A DNA stretch of 64,000 nucleotides from Candidatus Woesearchaeota archaeon (GCA_964385425.1 CAYLOQ010000002.1:12714-76713), one strand, 5' to 3'; positions 9,751-18,870 are shown, counted from the stretch's first letter. Notes: generated from the sequence alone by a model not told the origin. A program made the numbers and translations.

Positions 9751-9825
9751 TTAATACTACAAGAAAAAAATGGTTTTTAATGTTTTTGTATTCAAATTTA
9801 TAAACACCCTTTCTGTCATGGTTGT

Positions 9826-10452
9826 ATGGAACTTTATATTGTGAGACACGCCCAATCGAAAAGAAATGCAGGACACCACACAGAAGAAGATGCAGAACTT
9901 TCTGAGATTGGTGAAGAACAGGCAAGAAGGTTGGGAAAATTCTTTCATGAGGCTAAACTTGATAAAATTTATTGTAGTACGCTTAAAAGAGCCAGATCAA
10001 CATTAAAAGAAATAAAACCCTATCTTGAAGGGGTTCCAATAACCTTCACTCCTAAAATCGTTGAACACAAGATGGGGATTTATTCAAGAAACGGAAAAGA
10101 CGATTGGAGTAGTTATTTTAAAAAAGCCATTATTTCAGAAAAGGGAATCCACTTGTTTAGACCTAAAGAAGGAGACAGTTTACAAGACACCTATGACAGA
10201 GCAGGAAAGTTCTATAGAGGACTCCTTAAGAAACATACTGGGAAAAACATATTGTTGGTTGGTCACGGTTTCTTTAATACTTATTTAATATTAAATGCAC
10301 TTAATCTAAAGGTCAATGAAGGTAAGTATTTTAAGTTGAGTAATGCAAGTGTCAGCACATTAAAAATAGATAAAAAGGGAAAGGTTAAACACTACCATAT
10401 TAATGATTATAATCATTTAATTGCCGAGGCTGTTAAAAAACTAGATTCTTAA
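9826..10452 (+). CDS. histidine phosphatase superfamily protein (phosphoglycerate mutase-like; alpha-ribazole phosphatase candidate)
   Basis: N-terminal IVRHAQS (RHG motif), LVGHGFF second His motif. Confidence 0.7.
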   Translation: MELYIVRHAQSKRNAGHHTEEDAELSEIGEEQARRLGKFFHEAKLDKIYCSTLKRARSTLKEIKPYLEGVPITFTPKIVEHKMGIYSRNGKDDWSSYFKKAIISEKGIHLFRPKEGDSLQDTYDRAGKFYRGLLKKHTGKNILLVGHGFFNTYLILNALNLKVNEGKYFKLSNASVSTLKIDKKGKVKHYHINDYNHLIAEAVKKLDS

Positions 10453-10456
10453 ATCT

Positions 10457-11200
10457 TTATCCAATCCTTTTTATTTCTTTAATCTCATCCCCTGAAATAG
10501 CAGCACCCTTGAATTTCACAGCATAGAGCAAAGCATCAAGAACCATGTCCCCTTTTAATCTCACGAGTCCTTTTTTCCATGCAACATAGGCAAGTTCTGC
10601 AGACCTTACAATCCTAAATCCTTTGAAGAACTTGTAATTTTCCTGCTTTGCAGTCACCCCTGTATGCAGCTTGTTCCCAAGGATCTTTTTCAAATTATCT
10701 GGTTTTTCAACGAGGACTCTCGTGGTCCTTTCGTCAATCGCAATTACATTTGTTATTCCTTTTTGAGTTAAAATTCTACTTAAAGCAAGAGTAGAAGCTT
10801 CTCCAAAGTCAATTATGTGGAGTTCTTTCCCATGCCCTATAAAGGTTGAATTGGCAACCCTAAGAATTTCGTCTGCACCCTTGTGGATTTGATCATGAGT
10901 CACCCCATAAGCACTAGGCAATTCTAGGATTTTTTCATCCATGAGCTGTTTAATCTTCAAAGCCTCTAGTTCGAACCTCTTTATGGTCATTGGTTTGTCA
11001 ACAACCTCTTTCTTTACTCCTTCAGGAATTATGAATTTACCCTTGAAAATCCCTTTTAATCTACGAAGCTCTTCAAGCAACCCAGCCATTGTAAAACTTA
11101 TCAAAGCCCCTGAATCAAAGATAATTGCCCTGCCAACGTTTTGTGTAGTCTTAACCGCCTGAGCTTTCACAGCTTGTGGCCTTTGTTTTTGAAGAGGCAT
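10457..11200 (-). CDS. hypothetical protein, possible PIN-like/nuclease fold
   Basis: 247 aa; AIIFDSGALISF N-terminal motif reminiscent of PIN starts; otherwise unrecognised. Confidence 0.5.
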   Translation of the reverse strand: MPLQKQRPQAVKAQAVKTTQNVGRAIIFDSGALISFTMAGLLEELRRLKGIFKGKFIIPEGVKKEVVDKPMTIKRFELEALKIKQLMDEKILELPSAYGVTHDQIHKGADEILRVANSTFIGHGKELHIIDFGEASTLALSRILTQKGITNVIAIDERTTRVLVEKPDNLKKILGNKLHTGVTAKQENYKFFKGFRIVRSAELAYVAWKKGLVRLKGDMVLDALLYAVKFKGAAISGDEIKEIKRIG

Positions 11201-11763
11201 TATGAAAACAGATCCATTATAAATTTAATTCTCTCGTTTTCGTTCACGGTTTTTGTTTCAGGAGTGTCAGAAATTTTACTCTCTCCCACATTCCCTGCCA
11301 GTTCAAACATAGTAATTCCAAGCATCTTGGCTGTTTGTTCCATAGAAATCCCATGTTCGTAAATCTTTGTTGCCTTATCAATCTTAGCTCCCCGAAAAAC
11401 TTCTTTGATGTAACTCTTTAGATTAGGAGAAAGTTTATTCACCGATTTTATTATCTGTTCTAGATTGGTCTTGAAACCCTTTAAATCGTCCTTACTTAGG
11501 GCCTGTATAGCATTATCAATATAAACAGAAGCGTTCTGGCAGAAAATTGTGCACTCTTTGTTCTTTGTTTGCTCTTCTATTATTTTTCCAATTGCATAAA
11601 CAATTATCGCAACAGAAATATTGTCAGTATCTTTGTGTATAGAAGCGGTGTGGATTGTCTGGTTGCTCAACTCTCTCAATTTGACAACATCAAGATTCTT
11701 AATTGCCTCTTTTGTCTGCTTTAGAATATTAAGTATGTTCTCTTTTTCTTCCATATGTAGCAA
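11200..11763 (-). CDS. hypothetical protein with C-terminal HTH-like segment
   Basis: 187 aa; ISMEQTAKMLGITMFELAGNVG HTH-like; start overlaps upstream gene end. Confidence 0.45.
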   Translation of the reverse strand: MLHMEEKENILNILKQTKEAIKNLDVVKLRELSNQTIHTASIHKDTDNISVAIIVYAIGKIIEEQTKNKECTIFCQNASVYIDNAIQALSKDDLKGFKTNLEQIIKSVNKLSPNLKSYIKEVFRGAKIDKATKIYEHGISMEQTAKMLGITMFELAGNVGESKISDTPETKTVNENERIKFIMDLFS

Positions 11764-11820
11764 TGGAAAACCCGATTAATAAATGTTAAGTTTTTATATC
11801 TCTTTTCTCTTTTATAAATC

Positions 11821-12159
11821 ATGAAACGAGTTATATTAGACACGAGCTTCATCCTTACATCCACAAAACAGAAAATAGATTTTTTTGAAGATATAAAGCT
11901 TATGGGCCTCCAAATTTCAATTCCGAACAAGGTTGTTCGCGAGCTGGAAGGGCTTAAAGCAGCTCTTGCTTTAAGGATACTTAAAAAAAATAAATTTAAA
12001 CTTATTAAGATTAGAGGTAAAAATACAGATAGAGCAATAATTAATTACGCAAAAGCCAACCCAGAGATAATCGTGGCAACCTTGGATAAAGAAATAAAAA
12101 CAAAGATAAAAAATTCGAAACTAGTTATCAGGCAGAAGAAAAAATTAGAAGTTATATAA
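11821..12159 (+). CDS. PIN-domain protein
   Basis: VILDTSFIL N-terminal PIN signature, 112 aa. Confidence 0.55.
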   Translation: MKRVILDTSFILTSTKQKIDFFEDIKLMGLQISIPNKVVRELEGLKAALALRILKKNKFKLIKIRGKNTDRAIINYAKANPEIIVATLDKEIKTKIKNSKLVIRQKKKLEVI

Positions 12160-12207
12160 TAACCTTTTTAAAGCAATTTTTACTATCTTTCACAGATTAA
12201 ACGTAAA

Positions 12208-12816
12208 ATGTTCTATTTAACAGAAGTCGAAGATCATATCAGAGTAGAGCCCAAGTTATTCGGTTTGCCTACTATTGAAGCTGTAAATAAGCAGCTCAGA
12301 GAAACTTATGCAGACTACTACGATAAGGAACTTGGAAGAGTTATATCTGTGATTGATGTTTTGAATGTTGGAGAAGGCGTGATAATCCCTGGAGATGGTG
12401 CAGCTTATTATAACTCTACATTTAAATTGTTGGTGTGGAAACCAGAGCTCCAAGAGTTAGTTTATGGAACAATCTCAGAAATAACAAGTTTCGGAGCATT
12501 TATCGATATGGGGGTAATGAAAGGAATGATCCATATCAGCCAGACCATGGAAGATTTTGTTAGTTTTAGCAAGACCAATACATTGCTTGGAAAATCCACA
12601 AAAAGAAGTTTAAAACAAGGGGATTTGTGCGTAGCAAGAATAGTTGCTGTTAGTCATAAGGGAGAGGAAACAAAAATAGGACTGACAATGAGGCAACCAG
12701 GCTTGGGAAAACTTGAATGGCTCAAGGAAGATCAGATTAAAAAAGATAAAGAAGCGAAGAAGGCTGCAAGAGAAGAACAAAAAAGTGTAAAAGCGAAAGG
12801 AGGGAAAAAGAAATGA
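12208..12816 (+). CDS. rpoE: DNA-directed RNA polymerase subunit E' (Rpo7)
   Basis: MFYLTEVEDHIRVEPKLFG... with S1 domain (GTISEITSFGAFIDMG), K-rich tail. Confidence 0.85.
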   Translation: MFYLTEVEDHIRVEPKLFGLPTIEAVNKQLRETYADYYDKELGRVISVIDVLNVGEGVIIPGDGAAYYNSTFKLLVWKPELQELVYGTISEITSFGAFIDMGVMKGMIHISQTMEDFVSFSKTNTLLGKSTKRSLKQGDLCVARIVAVSHKGEETKIGLTMRQPGLGKLEWLKEDQIKKDKEAKKAAREEQKSVKAKGGKKK

Positions 12817-12855
12817 TAAACGGTCGCGGGATCAAAAACCCGCTGGAGGTTTTTA

Positions 12856-13047
12856 ATGCCTAAACAAAAAGCATGTAAAATCTGTAACACAATTTATGAA
12901 ACAGGAGACAAGTGTCCTAAGTGCGGGTCTAAAGAATCCACAGAAGGTTTTAAGGGAAGGATCGTTGTCTTAAACCCTGAGAATTCAGAAATAGCAAAGA
13001 GACTAGATCTAAAAGATAAGGGAAACTTTGCAATTAAAACCAGATAA
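12856..13047 (+). CDS. spt4: transcription elongation factor Spt4 / RNA polymerase subunit E''
   Basis: 63 aa, CKIC...CPKCG zinc ribbon, conserved position after rpoE. Confidence 0.8.
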   Translation: MPKQKACKICNTIYETGDKCPKCGSKESTEGFKGRIVVLNPENSEIAKRLDLKDKGNFAIKTR

Positions 13048-13060
13048 CTTTTTTCGTAAA

Positions 13061-13531
13061 ATGGAATTAAAAATAATAGATAAAAAAGACAATCTTCTCT
13101 TTAATAGGAAGGAGATTGAGGCAAGTGTTGGAGCAGAAGTTACTCCAAGAAGGCAGGAGATTAAAGAACTGATTTCTGAAAAACTTTCAATCCCTCCAGA
13201 AGTAATAAAACTAAAAGGTATTCACGGAAAATTTGGCTCTAAAAATTTTACGATAAAAGCCAACGTATACAATTCTATAGAAGATAAAGAAAAAATAGAG
13301 CCGAAATCAAAGAAGGAGAAGGAAGAAGAAAAGAAAGCAGCAGAACAGGCTACAGCAGAGGAAACACAAGTACAAGAAACCAGTGTAGAGAATCCTAAAA
13401 AGGTTGAAGATACGTCCGTCACACCCCCAACAACCCATGAAGAAACTTCTAACGATAAAAATTCAGAAGATGTTAATAAAACCAGTGAAAATAAATCTGA
13501 GCCGTCTGGAGAAGCAAATAAGACAGAATAA
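13061..13531 (+). CDS. rps24e: 30S ribosomal protein S24e with acidic/Lys-rich C-terminal extension
   Basis: [23 protein letters not shown]...; start taken at the internal ATG 13061 rather than the ORF-track 13028. Confidence 0.8.
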   Translation: MELKIIDKKDNLLFNRKEIEASVGAEVTPRRQEIKELISEKLSIPPEVIKLKGIHGKFGSKNFTIKANVYNSIEDKEKIEPKSKKEKEEEKKAAEQATAEETQVQETSVENPKKVEDTSVTPPTTHEETSNDKNSEDVNKTSENKSEPSGEANKTE

Positions 13532-13533
13532 AA

Positions 13534-13803
13534 ATGCCAAAGAAAGCTAAAATAAAAAAGGGAAAAAAACCACACAAGAATAAACCGACAAGTAAGAAAT
13601 ATACTAAGTATAAGATAGAAGGAGACAAGGTTACGAGATCGAGATTTTGTCCGAGATGCGGTCCAGGAGTTTTCTTAATGACTACAAAAGACAGAGTTTA
13701 CTGTGGAAAATGTCATTATGGAGAATTTGAAAGTAAAAAGGTCTCAACAGAAGAAAAAAAGGATACGCATGAAGGCACATCACACATGAAGAAAGAGGAA
13801 TAA
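13534..13803 (+). CDS. rps27ae: 30S ribosomal protein S27ae (zinc-binding)
   Basis: [10 protein letters not shown]...CGKCHY C4 ribbon; canonical archaeal rpoE-spt4-S24e-S27ae gene order. Confidence 0.8.
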   Translation: MPKKAKIKKGKKPHKNKPTSKKYTKYKIEGDKVTRSRFCPRCGPGVFLMTTKDRVYCGKCHYGEFESKKVSTEEKKDTHEGTSHMKKEE

Positions 13804-13894
13804 TTTTGGAGGGTGTCTTTTAAATAATAATTCTTATAAAGTAGTAACAAACAAAAAGTATATAAACCATTCTTCTTAAAAATCTTTAAGATAA

Positions 13895-15247
13895 ATGAAA
13901 ATTAGAACAGCTGGTGGACTTGAAAGAGAATTGACTGAATTTGGTAATGAACATTTTATAGGATTTAAAGATAGAGACTCAATGGTTTATCTTCGGCCAG
14001 AAAAAGTTGATGAAATAGAAAAAAGAATAATAGGTTATAGAGAAAGAGCACAAATCTTATTGAATCAACATCCAGGACACTTACACTCTTATGATAGGGA
14101 TGCTTTACTTCAACTTTCACACTTATCCTTAGATGAAGCAGTTCTTGGCTTTTCTGATAGGGGAGAAATAAAATTTTCAGACGATCATCTGAGATGGATG
14201 TTTGGCAGGGTAAAACGCCTTGAAGAAGGAGGTATCCCCCAAATATTCTCAAGCGAATTTGAAAGTTCGACAGGAGAAGGTGTCGATATTTATAACACAG
14301 GATTTGAGTTACATAGATACCCAACATTAGATGCCATCATCAACCTTTTTGTTAAAGATTATGTTCCTAAGAAAAATAGAAGAATAACCAAGGCAGTAGA
14401 TCCCGAAGATATACTCTTTTTTAGAGATTATGCTATCCGAGATGAATTTTCTGGTCAAGTTCTTAAAGAATTAATCCAATCTACTAAAGATAAATATAAA
14501 AATAGATTTCAATCCAGTGAGACAAGAGACCATGTTTTAGGTAAGGTTTCCGAAGGATTTGAACATCTTAAAAGATCTTTGTCTGATTTGCCCTCCCACC
14601 CAAGGTTTAAAGTACATGATCTTGAAGAAAATTCAGAAAGAATTGTAGCTCGTCCTTTTTGGTACACGCAGTATACAAGTCATTCTGTAGACCTCATACT
14701 TGCAGATTATTTTAAGGGCGTTCTTACTAGTTTTTTAGTTTCTGATAAAATAGATCCTAAAGGATTTGTAGGTGGAACTCCGGGGACATTTCACGTTTTA
14801 GATTTATTTCCTGATAGAACTATTGACTTTGACGATTGGAGAAGACAAAAGACAGATTATTTGAGAGATAAAATAGAAAGTAATGTGGATAATTATGCTG
14901 TGAGGGGTGGAAACTTTGGAACCGTTTGTCTAGAAATAGGAGTTGAAAGCGATAGGTCTTCTGGAAAACTAGTTGGAGGATTGCTTGATGAAGTGCATCT
15001 TCAAAGAGTGAGTGGTTTTTCAGATACCCAGTTTGTTGAGTACATAAATGGTTTGCCGAAAGGCTCTTCTATTGCTGGTCAACCAAGAACTGGTGCGTAT
15101 TTATCAAAGAGATTGCAGGATTTAATAGGAGAAACGAATTATCCCCAAGGGAGGGTGTCTTTTAAGCGTAAGGCTGAAGATTTAGGAATAAACGAAGGAA
15201 GTTTAAATTTTGCTCGTAGATTATACAATACAACCAGGATATTTTAA
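13895..15247 (+). CDS. hypothetical protein (450 aa), no recognisable family; R/D/G/F-rich, higher local GC
   Basis: Long uninterrupted ORF with codon usage distinct from the K/I/N-rich neighbours. Confidence 0.6.
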   Translation: MKIRTAGGLERELTEFGNEHFIGFKDRDSMVYLRPEKVDEIEKRIIGYRERAQILLNQHPGHLHSYDRDALLQLSHLSLDEAVLGFSDRGEIKFSDDHLRWMFGRVKRLEEGGIPQIFSSEFESSTGEGVDIYNTGFELHRYPTLDAIINLFVKDYVPKKNRRITKAVDPEDILFFRDYAIRDEFSGQVLKELIQSTKDKYKNRFQSSETRDHVLGKVSEGFEHLKRSLSDLPSHPRFKVHDLEENSERIVARPFWYTQYTSHSVDLILADYFKGVLTSFLVSDKIDPKGFVGGTPGTFHVLDLFPDRTIDFDDWRRQKTDYLRDKIESNVDNYAVRGGNFGTVCLEIGVESDRSSGKLVGGLLDEVHLQRVSGFSDTQFVEYINGLPKGSSIAGQPRTGAYLSKRLQDLIGETNYPQGRVSFKRKAEDLGINEGSLNFARRLYNTTRIF

Positions 15248-15275
15248 GAAGAAAGAAGAGAAAAAATGATCTTAT

Positions 15276-15488
15276 TCACTTTTTAGAAAGGTGATATTCT
15301 ATTCCTGTTCTTGCGAGTACAGCCAAAATTAAAACAATTATTATCACCCCTAGATCTTTAAGCTCTCCGAGAACGATAATAAATGCAAAGTATACTGTTG
15401 CAAAGATAATAGCTAATTCTAAAAAAGACTTACCAAAAAGCCACGAAAACCTTTCACCATTTTTCATAAAAAATAAAAGAATATACAA
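15276..15488 (-). CDS. small membrane protein (70 aa)
   Basis: Two hydrophobic helices, C-terminal KK. Confidence 0.35.
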   Translation of the reverse strand: MYILLFFMKNGERFSWLFGKSFLELAIIFATVYFAFIIVLGELKDLGVIIIVLILAVLARTGIEYHLSKK

Positions 15489-15781
15489 TATTTAAATGTG
15501 TGTAAAAACATTATAGAAGAAATTTTATTTTTAGTTATAATATAATCGGGCAAGATAAATAATCTTAATAAGCCCACACGTCATTCTTTTTTTAATGATT
15601 ACAAACCCTAGGAGAGTATCCAAGCCTAGCAAATAGTATGACTTGAAGCCTCTCCTGGGGAAAAAGAGGTGATACTATATACAGCATCTTCAACTATTTA
15701 AAGCTTTCGTTCATGTTACTCTTCAAAAATGACATGCGATAATTAGTATAAAGTGGTAATTACGTATACCTACTATAGAAT

Positions 15782-15830
15782 TATTTAGGCACTACTTATA
15801 CAAATATTTAGGCACTACCTAGGTTTTATA
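15782..15830 (+). promoter_or_regulatory. direct repeat (2 x TATTTAGGCACTAC, 23-bp period) followed by TTTTATAA box upstream of scpA
   Basis: Exact 14-mer at 15782-15795 and 15805-15818; TATA-like TTTTATAA at 15823-15830, about 25 nt before ATG 15854. Confidence 0.4.
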
Positions 15831-15853
15831 AGCTAACTTTTCTTTTATATAAA

Positions 15854-16741
15854 ATGAAAAAAGAGTCAAATAAGGGGGTAAAACAAGAACAGATTCATGA
15901 TATATTGTTCAATAGGGAAGTTGGTTGGCAGGAAATAATATATGATCTGATAAATACAGAGCAGTTAGATCCTTGGGATATAGATATAACGATGCTCTCT
16001 GAAAAATATCTGGACCGTGTTTCTGCATTTGAAGAGACAGATTTCTTTGTTTCTAGCAAGGTGCTCTTGGCAGCTGCACTCCTTTTAAGGATAAAATCAG
16101 AAATCTTATTGAATAAATACATAAAGAGCATAGACGAAATTCTCTTTGGAAAAGAAGAATCTTTTACACCACGCCAAATCGAGAAGATAGAACTAGGAGA
16201 AGATATACCTGAATTAATTCCAAGAAGCCCTATACCGAGATTCAAAAAAGTCACGCTGCAGGAGCTGATGGAATCTTTGAACAAGGCAATTGCAACAGAG
16301 AACAGGAGAATAAAAAAAGAGATAATAAAAAAGAATGCTCTTAGAGAGGCATCTTTTTCCTTGCCTAAGAGAAGATTCGGCATAAAAAACAAGATAAGAG
16401 AAATCTATATGAATTTATTGAGTTATTTTGAAAAAGATGAAAAAAAGAGGAAAGTTTCTTTCACAGATTTTGTTGGGACTGATAAAGAAGAAAGAGTAAT
16501 ATCTTTTTCATCTCTTTTACACCTAGATCACCAGAAAAAAGTTTGGCTAGAACAGGAAGAGAATTTCGGAGAATTTTATATATGGCTAAAGGAAACTTAT
16601 GTTAAACATAATCCAGACCCTTTTGCAGATCTAAAGGAAGAAGTTGAGAGAGAAATAGAAAAACTAGATGGAGAAAAAAAGAAAAGATTAGAAAAAATCA
16701 ATAAGGATTTCGAAAACCCCTTAGCAGATTTTTTCGATTAG
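15854..16741 (+). CDS. scpA: segregation and condensation protein A (ScpA kleisin)
   Basis: N-terminal QLDPWDIDITMLSEKYL motif typical of ScpA. Confidence 0.75.
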   Translation: MKKESNKGVKQEQIHDILFNREVGWQEIIYDLINTEQLDPWDIDITMLSEKYLDRVSAFEETDFFVSSKVLLAAALLLRIKSEILLNKYIKSIDEILFGKEESFTPRQIEKIELGEDIPELIPRSPIPRFKKVTLQELMESLNKAIATENRRIKKEIIKKNALREASFSLPKRRFGIKNKIREIYMNLLSYFEKDEKKRKVSFTDFVGTDKEERVISFSSLLHLDHQKKVWLEQEENFGEFYIWLKETYVKHNPDPFADLKEEVEREIEKLDGEKKKRLEKINKDFENPLADFFD

Positions 16742-16842
16742 CCCATACTATACTTTATAATATACTCCTTTCAAACATACCTGTAGTTTAGAATATATCT
16801 AATCTCAAACATCTTTAAAAACCAGAACCGACTAAATCTCTC

Positions 16843-17517
16843 ATGAAAAAGAGGTGTGCTGTTCTCTTCTCTGGCGGAAAAGATTCTACAATGGCTGCTT
16901 ATTTAGCCAAAAAGAAAGGTTATGAATTAACCTGTCTAATAACTCTTATCTCCAAGAACAAAGAAAGCTACATGTTTCACACACCATCAATCCGTAAAAC
17001 AAGACAACAGGCAAAAGTCATGAAAATCCCCTTGGTTGTTGATAAAACCAAGGGAGAAAAAGAAAAAGAGCTGAGAGACTTAGAAAGAGCGATAAAAATA
17101 GCTAAGAAAAAATATAAAATAAATTGTATAGTTACAGGAGCTCTTCATTCTGTTTATCAGGCATCCAGGATACAGAAAATATGTGATAAACTTGAACTTG
17201 AATGTTTTAATCCACTTTGGCATAAAGATGAGTTTACATATCTAGATGAGTTAATAAAGAATGGATTCAAGGTAATAATTATTGGGGTTTTTGCTTACCC
17301 ATTAAACGCTTCTTGGCTTGGGAGAAAGATAGACAAAGAATTTATAGAAGATGTGAAGGAACTTAAGGAAAAATATAAGATTCATGTGGCAGGAGAAGGT
17401 GGAGAATTCGAAACTTTTGTCCTTGATTGCCCTTTATTCGAGAGACCATTAAAAGTCACAGGAGCAGATTTTACCGGAGAAGATCATTCTTGGAGAATGG
17501 AAATTAAGGTGAGATGA
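16843..17517 (+). CDS. diphthine-ammonia ligase / PP-loop ATP pyrophosphatase (Dph6, MJ0570 family)
   Basis: SGGKDS PP-loop, EGGEFETFVLD C-terminal motif. Confidence 0.7.
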   Translation: MKKRCAVLFSGGKDSTMAAYLAKKKGYELTCLITLISKNKESYMFHTPSIRKTRQQAKVMKIPLVVDKTKGEKEKELRDLERAIKIAKKKYKINCIVTGALHSVYQASRIQKICDKLELECFNPLWHKDEFTYLDELIKNGFKVIIIGVFAYPLNASWLGRKIDKEFIEDVKELKEKYKIHVAGEGGEFETFVLDCPLFERPLKVTGADFTGEDHSWRMEIKVR

Positions 17518-17587
17518 AAGAACAGAAACAAAGAGATGATTTTGGGGTTTGGGGGTTGATACCTTGATAAAAGGATAAGTGCGGAGG

Positions 17588-17669
17588 CGCCCCAGCCGGG
17601 AATCGAACCCGGATGTCCGTCAAGACCTTGCTCTTAAGGCAAGCGCATTTCCAATTATGCTTCTAGGGC
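17588..17669 (-). tRNA. tRNA-Leu (anticodon TAA), long variable arm; embedded in a GC-rich leader/trailer helix (17581-17679)
   Basis: Acceptor GCCCTAG/CTGGGGC, D-arm GCAT-AATTGGAA-ATGC, anticodon stem CTTGC/GCAAG with loop CTTAAGA, T-arm CCGGG-TTCGATT-CCCGG. Flanks GCGGAGGC and GCCTCCGC pair with each other. Confidence 0.7.
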
Positions 17670-17964
17670 TGGCCTCCGCAAAAGATTGTAAACAGGAATA
17701 TTTATATAGTTATTTACACTAAAACTATTAATATCCGTCAAGATAATTCCAATTGTGCTTCTTTTTCTTTATTATTTATGTTGAAATGAACTTTGTTTAA
17801 GTAGCCCCCATTTAAACAATATTAATTCTTATGAATAATTTGTTCACAAATAATAGATAAAGTTATCCCAAGGGGTCACACACACCCCCCCATTTAGCGC
17901 ATTAGGATTGCTCTGGATGATTGGGGGTTGCAGACGGGGGTTTGGGGTTGTGGAAATTTGTAGA

Positions 17965-18366
17965 CTACATAACATCAAGAAAATCAGTCCCCTCATCTCT
18001 ATTTATCAATTTATGGGCGTGTTTCATTTCTTCAGGGTTATAGAGATGAATTATCTTGAACTTTCCAGAAGTTGTTTTGTTAATATTATCATGACGAACT
18101 TCAATAACATGAATAAGTCCCCAATAAATCCATTTGCCATCAATATTTTGAACTAAGAAATTACGAACAGGGGGTAATTGGTATATTCTGATTTTTGGTT
18201 TATCCTTGAACTCAAAAATCCTATTTTTAAAATTGTCAGCAGTAAAGGGCTTTATTTTATGCCTATCATAATCCAATTCTTTTGGAAAGCCCTGCTCAGT
18301 TGTTATTTGCAAGGTATCGTTTATTTCAATGAAACTACCCATAGGATTAACTATTAAAAGTACCAT
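17965..18366 (-). CDS. hypothetical protein (133 aa)
   Basis: ORF only; possible small beta-barrel (PUA/ASCH-like) but unsupported. Confidence 0.45.
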   Translation of the reverse strand: MVLLIVNPMGSFIEINDTLQITTEQGFPKELDYDRHKIKPFTADNFKNRIFEFKDKPKIRIYQLPPVRNFLVQNIDGKWIYWGLIHVIEVRHDNINKTTSGKFKIIHLYNPEEMKHAHKLINRDEGTDFLDVM

Positions 18367-18414
18367 ATAAAAATTATCATTATTTAGGACTACCCCGCTG
18401 ACTTAGTCTACATG

Positions 18415-18510
18415 ATGGGGGGAAGAATGGGTATTTAGGGGTTTTGATGGCGGATAATTTTATTGAGGGGGGTTTATAGCGCCCCGACCGTGCAACGACA
18501 GAGCGTCGGG
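18415..18510. repeat. G-rich intergenic module C (GGGTATTTAGGGGTTTTGATGGCGG ... CCCCGACCGTG hairpin CCCGAC-16nt-GTCGGG)
   Basis: Shares GGGGTTTTGA core with 18742-18770, 35583-35615, 22557-22585 and the 11-mer CCCCGACCGTG with 26747-26757. Confidence 0.6.
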
Positions 18511-18702
18511 TCAAAATTTTGAGATTCGACTTAAAACCACTACAAGAATCCACCCACTAATAAAGAATAGCAAACTCATCTGAAAAGCAGTATTTATAGT
18601 TATAGACTTCTCAACAAGAGTCATATTAAAAATAAATGCTACAGAAATCGCTACAAGAGTGGCTATAAATCCTTTTGTATATTCAATAAAAGTTGTTTTC
18701 AT
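18511..18702 (-). CDS. small membrane protein (63 aa)
   Basis: Two TM helices. Confidence 0.3.
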   Translation of the reverse strand: MKTTFIEYTKGFIATLVAISVAFIFNMTLVEKSITINTAFQMSLLFFISGWILVVVLSRISKF

Positions 18703-18736
18703 ATTTCCCTTAAGAATCGATTATTTATAAATAAAA

Positions 18737-18819
18737 GGGGTATTTTAGGGGTTTTGAGGGGGGTTTGGGAAAGCCCCCATCGGGCAGTCCAATAAACTAT
18801 GGAGTTTAGATGGGCTTTT
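18737..18819. repeat. G-rich intergenic module A (GGGGTATTTTAGGGGTTTTGAGGGGGGTTTGGG ... GAGTTTAGATGGGCTTTT)
   Basis: 18-mer 18802-18819 is the exact reverse complement of 26712-26729 (AAAAGCCCATCTAAACTC). Confidence 0.6.
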
Positions 18820-18870
18820 TAATCTTTTTAGAATAACAAAGAATTTAATACAAAAATACATGCTTTTATA

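Noticed and set aside
9674-9948. ORFs 9674..9925(-) and 9757..9948(-)
   Set aside because: Overlap tRNA-Trp and the start of the histidine-phosphatase gene; no coding signal.
13028-13060. Longer start for S24e (ORF-track start 13028, overlapping spt4)
   Set aside because: Conserved S24e N-terminus begins at MELKII (ATG 13061); the upstream extension overlaps spt4 and is not S24e-like.
17581-17680. Initial reading of the 100-nt tRNA-like region as an intron-containing or aberrant tRNA using GCGGAGG as acceptor stem
   Set aside because: Using GCGGAGG/CCTCCGC as acceptor leaves 19 nt before the D-stem and 8 extra nt after the T-stem. Re-parsing gives a clean 82-nt tRNA-Leu (acceptor GCCCTAG/CTGGGGC) with the outer helix as leader/trailer.
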